A stretch of DNA of 56,154 nt from a virus: IMG/VR virus record IMGVR_UViG_3300045988_060580, one strand, 5' to 3'. A program made the translations under genes and the position numbers. Positions 1 to 6,971 of the stretch are shown piece by piece; the stretch's first letter is position 1, and every line of letters begins with the position of its first letter. The notes beneath the pieces were generated by a model. That model was not told where the DNA came from. It ran no database searches and saw nothing but the letters and a program-made list of their open reading frames with translations.

Positions 1-39
1 CAGATAACTCCTTATGACCTTAATGAAAGTTATGATAAT
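1..39. repeat. att core / terminal direct repeat, left copy (cagataactccttatgaccttaatgaaagttatgataat)
   Basis: Exact 39/39 match to 56116..56154. Confidence 0.9.
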
Positions 40-137
40 TACTGTATTTAAGGGATTTTGCGGAGGATAAAATAAAAGTGCTTACTCCATCTATACACCA
101 CATAAATCTATATATTTCTATGTATTTCAATGGCAAA

Positions 138-178
138 ATGGTGTAAAAATGGCGTACGGAAAATTTAATGGTGTACGG
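138..178 (+). promoter_or_regulatory. Putative integrase arm-type sites (ATGGTGTA, ATGGCGTACGG, ATGGTGTACGG)
   Basis: Three direct copies of ATGGYGTA within 41 nt, close to the att core. The same motif is found on the other side of the core. Confidence 0.45.
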
Positions 179-221
179 ATAAAGACAATTGAATAAAAGA
201 GCTTTTGCGTGATGTAAATAT

Positions 222-254
222 GAGAAGAACTTGATAATGTTCTTCTCTTTTTTT
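222..254 (+). terminator. Rho-independent terminator
   Basis: Stem gagaagaac/gttcttctc followed by T7. Confidence 0.7.
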
Positions 255-289
255 ATGCCAAAATTAAGTTAGAAAGAGAGGTAGTGCGA

Positions 290-448
290 ATGTTTTCGGA
301 TGAAATTAGAGAAAAAATCTTAAGCAAAGAAGAATTACAGAAACTTGACTTAGTAACATTATCTCTTGTTATCCACGCAATCGAAGAAGTCTTGGAGGAG
401 GTAGAAGATGATAAACAATCCTTATCAGACAACACCTATGATGAATAA
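290..448 (+). CDS. Small acidic hypothetical protein (52 aa)
   Basis: ATG preceded by agaaagagagg. Below the ORF-track cut-off. It overlaps the next gene's start. Confidence 0.3.
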   Translation: MFSDEIREKILSKEELQKLDLVTLSLVIHAIEEVLEEVEDDKQSLSDNTYDE

Positions 449-938
449 TAATTATATGCCTATGCAGAATCCATATGCGGATAGAATGAACTTTTTACAA
501 AATTATCAGCAAAGCCTACAACAGCCTATACAGATGAATCAACAGCCTATGCCCCAGCAGATAGCAGGCATTAACGGAAGAATAGTACAGACAGTTGAAA
601 ATATTAATGCAAATGAAGTGCCTATGGATGGCTCAATGGCATTTTTCCCAAAACAGGATATGTCGGAGATTTATGTCAAGGGTTGGAATGCTAACGGAAC
701 TATTAATACGATTGTATATAAGCCTTATACAGAACCAGGCGGAAGCAATGCTGGCAATCCGACAGCTGACATAGAAAACGCTAAATTTACCCTGTCAGAC
801 GAAAGCACACAGCTATTCTTAAATAAGTTTGAAGAGTTATCAGAGAAAATAGGGCAGTTGGAAGATAGATTTGATAAATCTTTAGGAACACAAAGAAAAA
901 CTTCACGAACACAAAGCAAAGGCGGTGATGAAGAATGA
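408..938 (+). CDS. Hypothetical protein with Q/N/M/P-rich low-complexity N-terminus and coiled-coil C-terminus
   Basis: GGAGGAGG RBS 7 nt upstream of the ATG. The sequence is compositionally striking (MINNPYQTTPMMNNNYMPMQNPY...). Confidence 0.7.
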   Translation: MINNPYQTTPMMNNNYMPMQNPYADRMNFLQNYQQSLQQPIQMNQQPMPQQIAGINGRIVQTVENINANEVPMDGSMAFFPKQDMSEIYVKGWNANGTINTIVYKPYTEPGGSNAGNPTADIENAKFTLSDESTQLFLNKFEELSEKIGQLEDRFDKSLGTQRKTSRTQSKGGDEE

Positions 939-1165
939 ACCCAATTAACATTTTTCAGATGATGAAAGCTGGTCCGCAACAGTTTATACAGCAAATGATG
1001 GGAAATAATCAGATTATGAGCAATCCTATGATGAAAAACACTATGCAGATGGCACAGCAGGGCAATATGCAAGGAATAGAGCAGATGGCTAGAAATTTAT
1101 GCAAAGAAAAGGGATTAAATGCAGATGATGTATTTAATCAGATAAAAAGTAGATTTGGTAATTAG
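935..1165 (+). CDS. Met/Gln/Asn-rich small protein
   Basis: ATGA start/stop overlap with the upstream gene. The composition matches its neighbour. Confidence 0.6.
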   Translation: MNPINIFQMMKAGPQQFIQQMMGNNQIMSNPMMKNTMQMAQQGNMQGIEQMARNLCKEKGLNADDVFNQIKSRFGN

Positions 1166-1235
1166 CAGCATATTAGATGTCTTTGCAAACTACCTAGGTG
1201 ACATCTTTATGAATATATTTTTAGGAGGTAACAAT

Positions 1236-2024
1236 ATGTTTTCAAACTCAAATTGTGCCAGCGTACCATTAGTCGCTAATATTGACGGTAACGGCAATAA
1301 CGGCGGATGGGCTGACGGCGGATGGCTTTGGATAATCGTTGTATTCGCATTACTCTTTGGATGGGGCAATGGTGGATTTGGCGGTTTTGGTGGCAACAAT
1401 GGCGGTGGCTATGTTGCGACAGCGGCTACACAAGCTGATATTCAGAGAGGATTTGATAATTCAGCAGTTATCAGCAAGTTAGACGGCATTTCCAACGGGC
1501 TTTGTGATGGCTTTTATGCCATGAATAACAGTATGCTTACCGGCTTTAATGGTATTAACACAAATATCATGCAGACAGGCTATGGCATACAGCAGGCTAT
1601 TAACGCTGATACAGTCGCTAATATGCAGAATACCAACGCTTTACAGGCGCAGCTTGCTAACTGTTGCTGCGAGACAAGGGAAGCCATTCAGGGTGTAAAC
1701 TACAACATGGCAACTAACACTTGTGCTTTACAGAACACAATGAACAATAACACAAGAGATATTATTGACAGCCAGCAGGCAGGAACGAGGGCTATTCTTG
1801 ATTACTTATGTACAAAGGAAAATGCGGATCTGAGAGATAAGGTGCAGAAACTTGAACTTTCTGCTTCACAGGATAGACAAAATGCACTTCTGACTACTGC
1901 AATGACAGCACAGACACAGCAGATTGTCAACTCTGTAAATCCTACAGCCATTCCAGCCTATGTTGTGCCTAATCCTAATGCTTATGCATATGGATGCGGA
2001 TGTAACACAGGATGTGGCTGCTAA
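1236..2024 (+). CDS. Gly-rich membrane protein with Cys clusters (CCCE, C-terminal GCGCNTGCGC)
   Basis: AGGAGG RBS before ATG 1236. One hydrophobic helix (WLWIIVVFALLFGW) is flanked by GGFGGFGG runs. Confidence 0.7.
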   Translation: MFSNSNCASVPLVANIDGNGNNGGWADGGWLWIIVVFALLFGWGNGGFGGFGGNNGGGYVATAATQADIQRGFDNSAVISKLDGISNGLCDGFYAMNNSMLTGFNGINTNIMQTGYGIQQAINADTVANMQNTNALQAQLANCCCETREAIQGVNYNMATNTCALQNTMNNNTRDIIDSQQAGTRAILDYLCTKENADLRDKVQKLELSASQDRQNALLTTAMTAQTQQIVNSVNPTAIPAYVVPNPNAYAYGCGCNTGCGC

Positions 2025-2094
2025 AACTAAATAATTGAGTATCTTAATTGAGTTTAACTCGATTATGTCTGCTAAGCAGTATTACTTATAATCA

Positions 2095-2129
2095 AAGGGC
2101 AGGCTATAATGTTTGCCCTTATTTTTTTT
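2095..2129 (+). terminator. Rho-independent terminator
   Basis: Stem aagggca/tgccctt followed by a T8 run. Confidence 0.7.
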
Positions 2130-2147
2130 GAAAGAGAGGTAAAGATA

Positions 2148-2567
2148 ATGGAAATAACAGGAATTGCATTACAAACAGTCGCCGCTGGAGAAGATGTTGC
2201 ATTTACAGAAACACCGGTATGCGGTAGCAAATGTATAGTCCACAGACAGGGAAGCGGAATTATCAAGTTAAGAGGTATTACAAATCAGTGCAAGGCAAGA
2301 TTTTTAGTATCTTATAGCGGAAACATTCAGATACCTACAGGTGGTACAGTTGAAGCTATATCACTTGCCATTGCAGTAGACGGAGAACCTTTACAGTCAA
2401 CAAGAATGATTGTAACGCCAGCCGCAGTTGAGAATTTATTTAACGTATCGGCACAGGCATATATTGATGTACCTTGTGGCTGTTGCAGTACAGTAGCGGT
2501 GCAGAATACATCAGCACAGGCTATTGAAGTACAGAACAGTAATTTGATTGCAGTAAGGGAGGCTTGA
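2148..2567 (+). CDS. BclA C-terminal-domain-like (C1q/TNF-type jelly-roll) small protein
   Basis: RBS agagagg. The beta-strand pattern (V.F....G.I.L...ARFLVSYSG...ISLAIAVDGEPL...VQNTS..I.V.NSNL) resembles exosporium BclA-CTD family proteins. Recognised from memory only. Confidence 0.5.
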   Translation: MEITGIALQTVAAGEDVAFTETPVCGSKCIVHRQGSGIIKLRGITNQCKARFLVSYSGNIQIPTGGTVEAISLAIAVDGEPLQSTRMIVTPAAVENLFNVSAQAYIDVPCGCCSTVAVQNTSAQAIEVQNSNLIAVREA

Positions 2568-2571
2568 TATT

Positions 2572-3186
2572 ATGCATAAATGGGCTAAACAGATTATGGA
2601 ATGTGTCAAGGCTAAGGTTGAAGCAATCGGATTAGATAGCTTTGAGGGGCAGAACCTTGACGATTTAAAGGACTTTACAGAAATAGCGAAGAACATAGCT
2701 TGTTTTGACAAAGATTACAGAATTGTTGAAGCTATGGAAAAGTCAGAAGATAATGAAGATATTATGCGTATGCTTGAACAGTACGAAGATTATCCGGACA
2801 GAAGATATTATGACCACTACCGCTATGCAAATGGCAGATTTGCCCCAAAAGGCAAAGGAACATACCGCAGAGGATATGAAGAACCGCCTTATATGCACAT
2901 GTACCCAGAATCAGAGCATATGAGAGATATGGATAGGGATTATGGCAAGATGTACTATACAGAGCCAATGTCTGAAAGTAATTACGACAGAGCAAAGAGA
3001 AACTACACAGAAACTAAGGAAATGCACAAGAATAATACACCAGAAGATAAGGAACACAAGATGAAGTCACTTGACAGCTATACTAAGGAACTTGCAAGCG
3101 ATATTACAGGTATGGTGGCTGATATGTCAGCAGAAGAGAAGAACTTGCTTAGAACAAAGTTAAGCACTCTTGTATCTAAGATATGA
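2572..3186 (+). CDS. Hypothetical Tyr/Arg/Asp/Met-rich protein
   Basis: Long ORF tightly spaced after the previous gene. The RDMDRDYGKMYY-type motifs belong to an uncharacterised Firmicutes family. Confidence 0.65.
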   Translation: MHKWAKQIMECVKAKVEAIGLDSFEGQNLDDLKDFTEIAKNIACFDKDYRIVEAMEKSEDNEDIMRMLEQYEDYPDRRYYDHYRYANGRFAPKGKGTYRRGYEEPPYMHMYPESEHMRDMDRDYGKMYYTEPMSESNYDRAKRNYTETKEMHKNNTPEDKEHKMKSLDSYTKELASDITGMVADMSAEEKNLLRTKLSTLVSKI

Positions 3187-3193
3187 TTTTAAG

Positions 3194-3225
3194 GGCTATG
3201 AGTAGCAATATTCATAGCCTGTTTT
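3194..3225 (+). terminator. Terminator-like hairpin
   Basis: Stem ggctatga/tcatagcc followed by tgtttt. Confidence 0.5.
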
Positions 3226-3245
3226 ATTCAGAAAGGAGCATACAG

Positions 3246-3566
3246 ATGTTTTTTACAATTAATGGTACAAATTGGCGAGTGCAATATGAAAATTCAAATT
3301 CGGGTGAATTAAAGCGGTCAGACAATGTTTCTGTACTAGGTGTAACTGATAGAAATACGCATACAATTTATCTGTCAAATGCCTTGCGTGGATTTATGGA
3401 ACGCAAAGTGCTGATACACGAAGTGTGCCATGCAATCTGTATGTCCTATGATGTGTATTTGCCAATAGAGCAGGAAGAAATATTGTGCGATTTTGTAGCA
3501 ACTTATGGCGATGAAGTATTTGACATTGTTGATATGGTGCTTGGAGCAGTTAGGAGAGTGGGATAA
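3246..3566 (+). CDS. Small HExxH zinc-metalloprotease-like protein
   Basis: RBS gaaaggag. Contains an HEVCH motif, similar to SprT or ImmA/IrrE-type small proteases. Confidence 0.5.
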   Translation: MFFTINGTNWRVQYENSNSGELKRSDNVSVLGVTDRNTHTIYLSNALRGFMERKVLIHEVCHAICMSYDVYLPIEQEEILCDFVATYGDEVFDIVDMVLGAVRRVG

Positions 3567-3712
3567 TGAGTATTGATGAGCTGTTAAAGATAATTCAAAA
3601 GACTAATCCGACTATGACAAAAGAATTATTGATATATGAGCTTAGTCAATGCCGGTATTCAAGTAAAGCATTAATTTATACAGAAAGTTGTTGTGTTGAC
3701 AATAATATTTAA
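3566..3712 (+). CDS. Small hypothetical protein (48 aa)
   Basis: TAATG start/stop overlap. Its 3' end contains the cas5-like promoter. Confidence 0.3.
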   Translation: MSIDELLKIIQKTNPTMTKELLIYELSQCRYSSKALIYTESCCVDNNI

Positions 3713-3724
3713 AAATGCTATTAT
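3696..3724 (+). promoter_or_regulatory. Near-consensus sigma-70/SigA promoter (TTGACA-17-TATTAT)
   Basis: TTGACA at 3696..3701, 17-nt spacer, TATTAT at 3719..3724. Confidence 0.65.
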
Positions 3725-3786
3725 TTAATAGATGTAAACAATTGATAATTAATATATCATTTTACCTTAATAGAACCATAGTGGAA

Positions 3787-3831
3787 AGTTGCATTGATAC
3801 ATTTTTGTATAGGTGCAACTTATTTTATTTT
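3787..3831 (+). promoter_or_regulatory. Leader terminator/attenuator hairpin immediately before the cas5-like RBS
   Basis: Stem agttgca...tgcaact with an inner atac/gtat stem, followed by tattttatttt. It lies in a roughly 110-nt untranslated leader. Confidence 0.5.
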
Positions 3832-3843
3832 AGAGGTTTTATT

Positions 3844-4542
3844 ATGAGAGTTGTAAGATTAAAAATGTATCAAGAAATGGCTAGATTCAATAATCCATCA
3901 GCGCCAAAAGGTGCAGATTGCTACCCTTTGCCACCATTTAGCACAGTTAATGGGTTTATTCATTCAATGTGTCAATGGAAAAGGTATCATAAATTAGATT
4001 ATTTTGTTACTGGCAAAGGAATTTATAATACTAAGGTGCAAAAAGAATGGCACGGTGGCTATAATTTCAACAAAATTAGCGATGAAATGCTTAAGCGTTG
4101 GGATGTTATAACAGATTATGCAGACGGAAGCCATACCGGCTGGGTTAGTACAGTTAAATATCATCTAATGCTAGTTGATTTATATACAACTATATACATC
4201 AAAGCTGATGATAGTGACATAGATGATATATACCATGCTTTACTAAATCCGCCGGTATATCCATCATTGGGCGAATATGGTGATTTATGTAAGATTGAAG
4301 CAGTAGATATTGTAGAACTTAAGGAGCTTGATAAATGTGTACCTGCTCCACTTGCTATGCAATCTTATATTCCTGTTAATAAAGGCAATTTTGCAGGAAC
4401 TATCTATAGAATTAATAACAAATATGAAATTATCAAAGGGCTTAGGCGATTCCAAAAAGTTCCTTGTTACTTAGTGGATAAAGAACAGGAAGTTGTTAGT
4501 AATCTTTTTGATGACGATAAACCGATTATTTTTGTAGATTAA
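3844..4542 (+). CDS. cas5: Solitary Cas5-family (subtype I-B-like RAMP) protein, 232 aa
   Basis: The N-terminus MRVVRLKMYQEMARFNNP....CYPLPPFSTVNGFIHSMC and the C-terminal block HLMLVDLYTTIYIK....LLNPPVYPSLGEYGDLCKIEAVDIVEL match the Cas5t/Cas5h signature blocks as I remember them. There are no other cas genes and no array in the window. Confidence 0.6.
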   Translation: MRVVRLKMYQEMARFNNPSAPKGADCYPLPPFSTVNGFIHSMCQWKRYHKLDYFVTGKGIYNTKVQKEWHGGYNFNKISDEMLKRWDVITDYADGSHTGWVSTVKYHLMLVDLYTTIYIKADDSDIDDIYHALLNPPVYPSLGEYGDLCKIEAVDIVELKELDKCVPAPLAMQSYIPVNKGNFAGTIYRINNKYEIIKGLRRFQKVPCYLVDKEQEVVSNLFDDDKPIIFVD

Positions 4543-4548
4543 TTTAAA

Positions 4549-4600
4549 CCCCACGGAATATAATGCAACTTTTTTGCTACCTCCGTGGGGCTCTCTTTTA
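4549..4600 (+). terminator. Strong hairpin terminator after the cas5-like gene
   Basis: 9-bp stem ccccacgga/tccgtgggg followed by ctctctttta. Confidence 0.6.
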
Positions 4601-4604
4601 TATT

Positions 4605-4843
4605 CGTAATTTCGATTTTGACAATTTTCAAAATCCGGTTCAGATTTCGTTCAAATCCTACTTAAAAAATTGAAAAAATTTTCTCATAAAATATAATGTG
4701 AAATTTTTGAAACCCCCGTCATATGCAATTTTGAAATCCAAAAATCGGTTACACAGAATTTTAATTTTTGCTCCCGATTTCGTTCGGATTTGCCCTGAAA
4801 AATTGATGAAAAACTTTAACAGATTAAAGTGCATTATATAAAC
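4605..4843 (+). repeat. Diverged tandem duplication (two units of about 110-135 nt)
   Basis: Shared blocks in the same order: aaaatc(c)ggtt, gatttcgttc, aaaaattga(t)gaaaaa, tata(a)t. Confidence 0.55.
4670..4697 (+). promoter_or_regulatory. Promoter-like element TTGAAA-16-TATAAT
   Basis: Seen in unit 1 of the duplication. No ORF follows. Confidence 0.45.
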
Positions 4844-4865
4844 TTGACCGGCTGCGATTCGTGCT

Positions 4866-4895
4866 TGTTTTGACTTTGTGACTTTGTGATTTGAC
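4866..4895 (+). repeat. Short tandem TTTG(T)GAC repeats
   Basis: Sequence gttttgactttgtgactttgtgatttgacc. Confidence 0.6.
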
Positions 4896-4964
4896 CTGTA
4901 CGGTGGTTTTATTGTGTCGGTGTAGACTTATAAGCCTACAGAACAAAACAGCCTTAAAACGCCT

Positions 4965-4993
4965 TTGGCAGCGTTGCATAAAATGGGTATAAT
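4965..4993 (+). promoter_or_regulatory. Promoter TTGGCA-17-TATAAT in non-coding DNA
   Basis: Perfect -10 at 4988..4993. The transcript would run antisense into the 3' end of the leftward genes. Confidence 0.5.
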
Positions 4994-5163
4994 ATGCCCT
5001 TACAAGTTGTGGAAGCTGTCGCCAGTTTTGGCGGATTTTCCAGAACGCACGCCGCCCAACTAGGTACACTTGTACACTTAAAAAGCCTTATATATAAGCA
5101 TAGCATTATTGTATTAATTTTTCAAGGTACGCAAAGAAAAGCATATAAATATATACGCTTAGT

Positions 5164-5202
5164 GCTTGCGGCTGGAATCGAACCAGCCAAACCACAGCAA
5201 GC
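5164..5202 (-). ncRNA. tRNA top-half-like minihelix 1 (6-bp acceptor-like stem + 6-bp T-stem + UUCGAUU loop)
   Basis: Minus-strand sequence: gcttgc-tgtggttt-ggctgg-ttcgatt-ccagcc-gcaagc. Confidence 0.5.
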
Positions 5203-5226
5203 CAAAAAGGGCGCAGATTGTACGCC
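5196..5226 (-). terminator. Rho-independent terminator of the 5240..5524 gene
   Basis: Minus-strand sequence: agggcg..cgccct followed by ttttt. Confidence 0.6.
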
Positions 5227-5239
5227 CTTAACCAAGTTA

Positions 5240-5524
5240 TTAATTGTTAAATTCATAAAATAGACCGCTTTTATTATAACAAGTTGTAAGCTTTTTTAAG
5301 CCATAAAAAATATCATAGTTACAATCAAAAACAGCTTGTGGACCCGTGTATATAATTACGCTTCGCCCATTATCCCAAAAAGAAAAATCTGTTATTTTTT
5401 CAAGCTCCAAGATTTCGGCCGCCTTTTTCCCATAGATAAATATAAATTTTTCTAAATTTCCGCGGATTTCTCCGGCTGTTAAAGTGTCTAATTTTTCATA
5501 TATTGTCATATCGTAGACCTCCAT
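5240..5524 (-). CDS. Hypothetical protein (94 aa)
   Basis: ORF with an upstream RBS-like ttaggggataatatt on the minus strand. Confidence 0.55.
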   Translation of the reverse strand: MEVYDMTIYEKLDTLTAGEIRGNLEKFIFIYGKKAAEILELEKITDFSFWDNGRSVIIYTGPQAVFDCNYDIFYGLKKLTTCYNKSGLFYEFNN

Positions 5525-5550
5525 ATTCTTAATATTATCCCCTAAAAGGA

Positions 5551-5594
5551 AAAACCACCGCCGGTATCGGTCCGGCTGGCATTCTCTGCGGCGG
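5551..5594 (-). terminator. Hairpin terminator
   Basis: Minus-strand stem ccgccg....cggcgg followed by tggttttt. Confidence 0.5.
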
Positions 5595-5768
5595 TTAATT
5601 TGCTTTTGCTTCTGCTCTTAAAATCTCAATAGCTTCTTGTGTTGTGTGTTCCCTGTACCACTTCCAAGGCTTTTTATATGCTTTTGCAAGTGCAAAGTCT
5701 TCATGCTTTTCTGTCAAAATGCGTCTAACTTCTAAAAATGCCTTTTTTGCTTCTTCTAATCTGTTCAT
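5595..5768 (-). CDS. Small hypothetical protein (57 aa, MNRLEEAKKAF...)
   Basis: Below the ORF-track cut-off. RBS agagagg lies 8 nt upstream on the minus strand. Confidence 0.45.
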   Translation of the reverse strand: MNRLEEAKKAFLEVRRILTEKHEDFALAKAYKKPWKWYREHTTQEAIEILRAEAKAN

Positions 5769-5809
5769 AATGTTTTTACCTCTCTTTTATTTATTCCCCT
5801 AAAGGGTAG

Positions 5810-5850
5810 AGCAAGCCGGGGAATCGAACCCCGGAAGCGCCAGCCTTGCT
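5810..5850 (-). ncRNA. tRNA top-half-like minihelix 2
   Basis: Minus-strand sequence: agcaag-gctggcgctt-ccgggg-ttcgatt-ccccgg-cttgct. Same architecture as element 1 with different stem sequences. Confidence 0.5.
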
Positions 5851-5852
5851 AA

Positions 5853-6110
5853 TTATGCTAAGAGCTGCAAAAGCTCCGCGCGTTTAGTCTGTATCAATTC
5901 CTTTGCTTTCATAAAATCAACCGCGCCGCCTGTCATATGTTCAATATATCTTGCCGCGTCGATATATGCGTCAAATTCTGCCTTGTATGCCTCATCGAAA
6001 GCATTTTCAAGTTCTGCGTTTTCTGGCTCTTTTGTATATCTTGCCTCTGCTTCGTCTGCGGCTTTCTCTAACTGTTCCAACTTCTTAATCTTTTCAAGTA
6101 AAATCTTCAT
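5853..6110 (-). CDS. Acidic helical hypothetical protein (85 aa)
   Basis: ORF in a tightly packed leftward gene set. Confidence 0.6.
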   Translation of the reverse strand: MKILLEKIKKLEQLEKAADEAEARYTKEPENAELENAFDEAYKAEFDAYIDAARYIEHMTGGAVDFMKAKELIQTKRAELLQLLA

Positions 6111-6113
6111 AAT

Positions 6114-6284
6114 TCACACCTCCTTGTTAATATGTTCAATCTTGAATCTGTCGCGTGTATCTTTTGGAATAACTAAATTAACAAAATCCTCCGCTAAAAC
6201 TAAGGTATCAAATTGTGCCACAATTTTTTCTTTAGGACTTTCAAATTTACTGAAATATTGTGTTTCTATAACTTGCCAATTCAT
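6114..6284 (-). CDS. Small hypothetical protein (56 aa, MNWQVIETQYF...)
   Basis: AAGGAGGA RBS on the minus strand. Below the ORF-track cut-off. Confidence 0.5.
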   Translation of the reverse strand: MNWQVIETQYFSKFESPKEKIVAQFDTLVLAEDFVNLVIPKDTRDRFKIEHINKEV

Positions 6285-6296
6285 ATTTAATCCTCC

Positions 6297-6677
6297 TTAT
6301 TCTGTAATCCTTTCAAATATAACTATTGTTTTGCGTGCGTTTTCTCTCTTCTTTTCAGCCATATAACTATGGCGGCGGCTCTTTAATGCCTTTCTTGCTG
6401 TCTCTATGCTATTAACTCCCCACGCTGCGGCTTCTCTTAATAACTCAACCTCTTCTTTTGGCAACTTAATAGCTCTTAAAGTGTCGGAGTTGATAGAGTA
6501 ATCATCTTTAATTCCTGGATACAAATCTTGACAAAGTGGAATATATTCATCACTCCCCATATTCTCGCCGATATTCCATACATAAAAACCGAATGGAATC
6601 TTTCCGACTATCTTATAAATATCTGTTTTCCATAATGTTTCGCTTGTAATTGTGTCACCCTTAACTTCAAATCTCAT
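6297..6677 (-). CDS. Hypothetical protein (126 aa, start trimmed to MRFEVKGD)
   Basis: The track ORF extends into the operator region. The internal ATG at 6677 is the likelier start. Confidence 0.55.
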   Translation of the reverse strand: MRFEVKGDTITSETLWKTDIYKIVGKIPFGFYVWNIGENMGSDEYIPLCQDLYPGIKDDYSINSDTLRAIKLPKEEVELLREAAAWGVNSIETARKALKSRRHSYMAEKKRENARKTIVIFERITE

Positions 6678-6796
6678 AACCTTGTACCATTTCGCCGACT
6701 GTGATATAATCGGCTTACCTTTCTTTTTGATTGGTGGCGGTTCGTTTCCTTGGTCGGGCGACCGCCTTTTTATTTGCAAGATTATAATAACAAATA

Positions 6797-6866
6797 TAAG
6801 GCACAAAAACAATATACAAATTGTACAAATATAAGGCACATAATTTGTACAATATTTATAAGGCAC
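6797..6866. promoter_or_regulatory. Operator array: TAAGGCACA x3 interleaved with TTGTACAA palindromes x2
   Basis: TAAGGCACA at 6797, 6832 and 6858. TTGTACAA at 6821 and 6845. Confidence 0.55.
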
Positions 6867-6907
6867 AAAATAACACAATGTATATAATAAAGAAGTTAAA
6901 ATATCAA

Positions 6908-6939
6908 TTGACACATAAGGCACAAAATGATATTATAAT
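6908..6939 (+). promoter_or_regulatory. Promoter/operator cassette 1 (TTGACA, TAAGGCACA in the spacer, ATGATATTATAAT)
   Basis: 32/33 identical to 7181..7212. Confidence 0.65.
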
Positions 6940-6971
6940 TACAATAATATTATATGAGGAGATAAAAGTAT

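Noticed and set aside
3715-3843. Long N-terminal extension of the Cas5-like ORF given in the track (start 3715)
   Set aside because: It would begin inside the -10 box and run through the leader hairpin. ATG 3844 aligns with the Cas5 N-terminal motif.
3903-3932. Similarity of about 24/28 nt between the cas5-like 5' coding region (gccaaaaggtgcagattgctaccctt) and the terminator at 5201..5230 (gccaaaaagggcgcagattgtacgccctt)
   Set aside because: It could imply antisense regulation. However, it is short, interrupted by indels and plausible by chance in 56 kb of AT-rich DNA. Not reported as a finding.
4600-4960. Possible CRISPR mini-array next to the Cas5-like gene
   Set aside because: The repeated blocks are short (9-11 nt) and are ordered as one diverged tandem duplication of about 133 nt. 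They are not 28-37-nt identical repeats with unique spacers, so no CRISPR array is supported.
4824-5263. Track ORFs 4824..5069(-) and 4994..5263(+)
   Set aside because: The ATG of the plus ORF lies inside a -10 box. Both ORFs run through promoters, a terminator and the minihelix element. Their composition is atypical and neither has an RBS.
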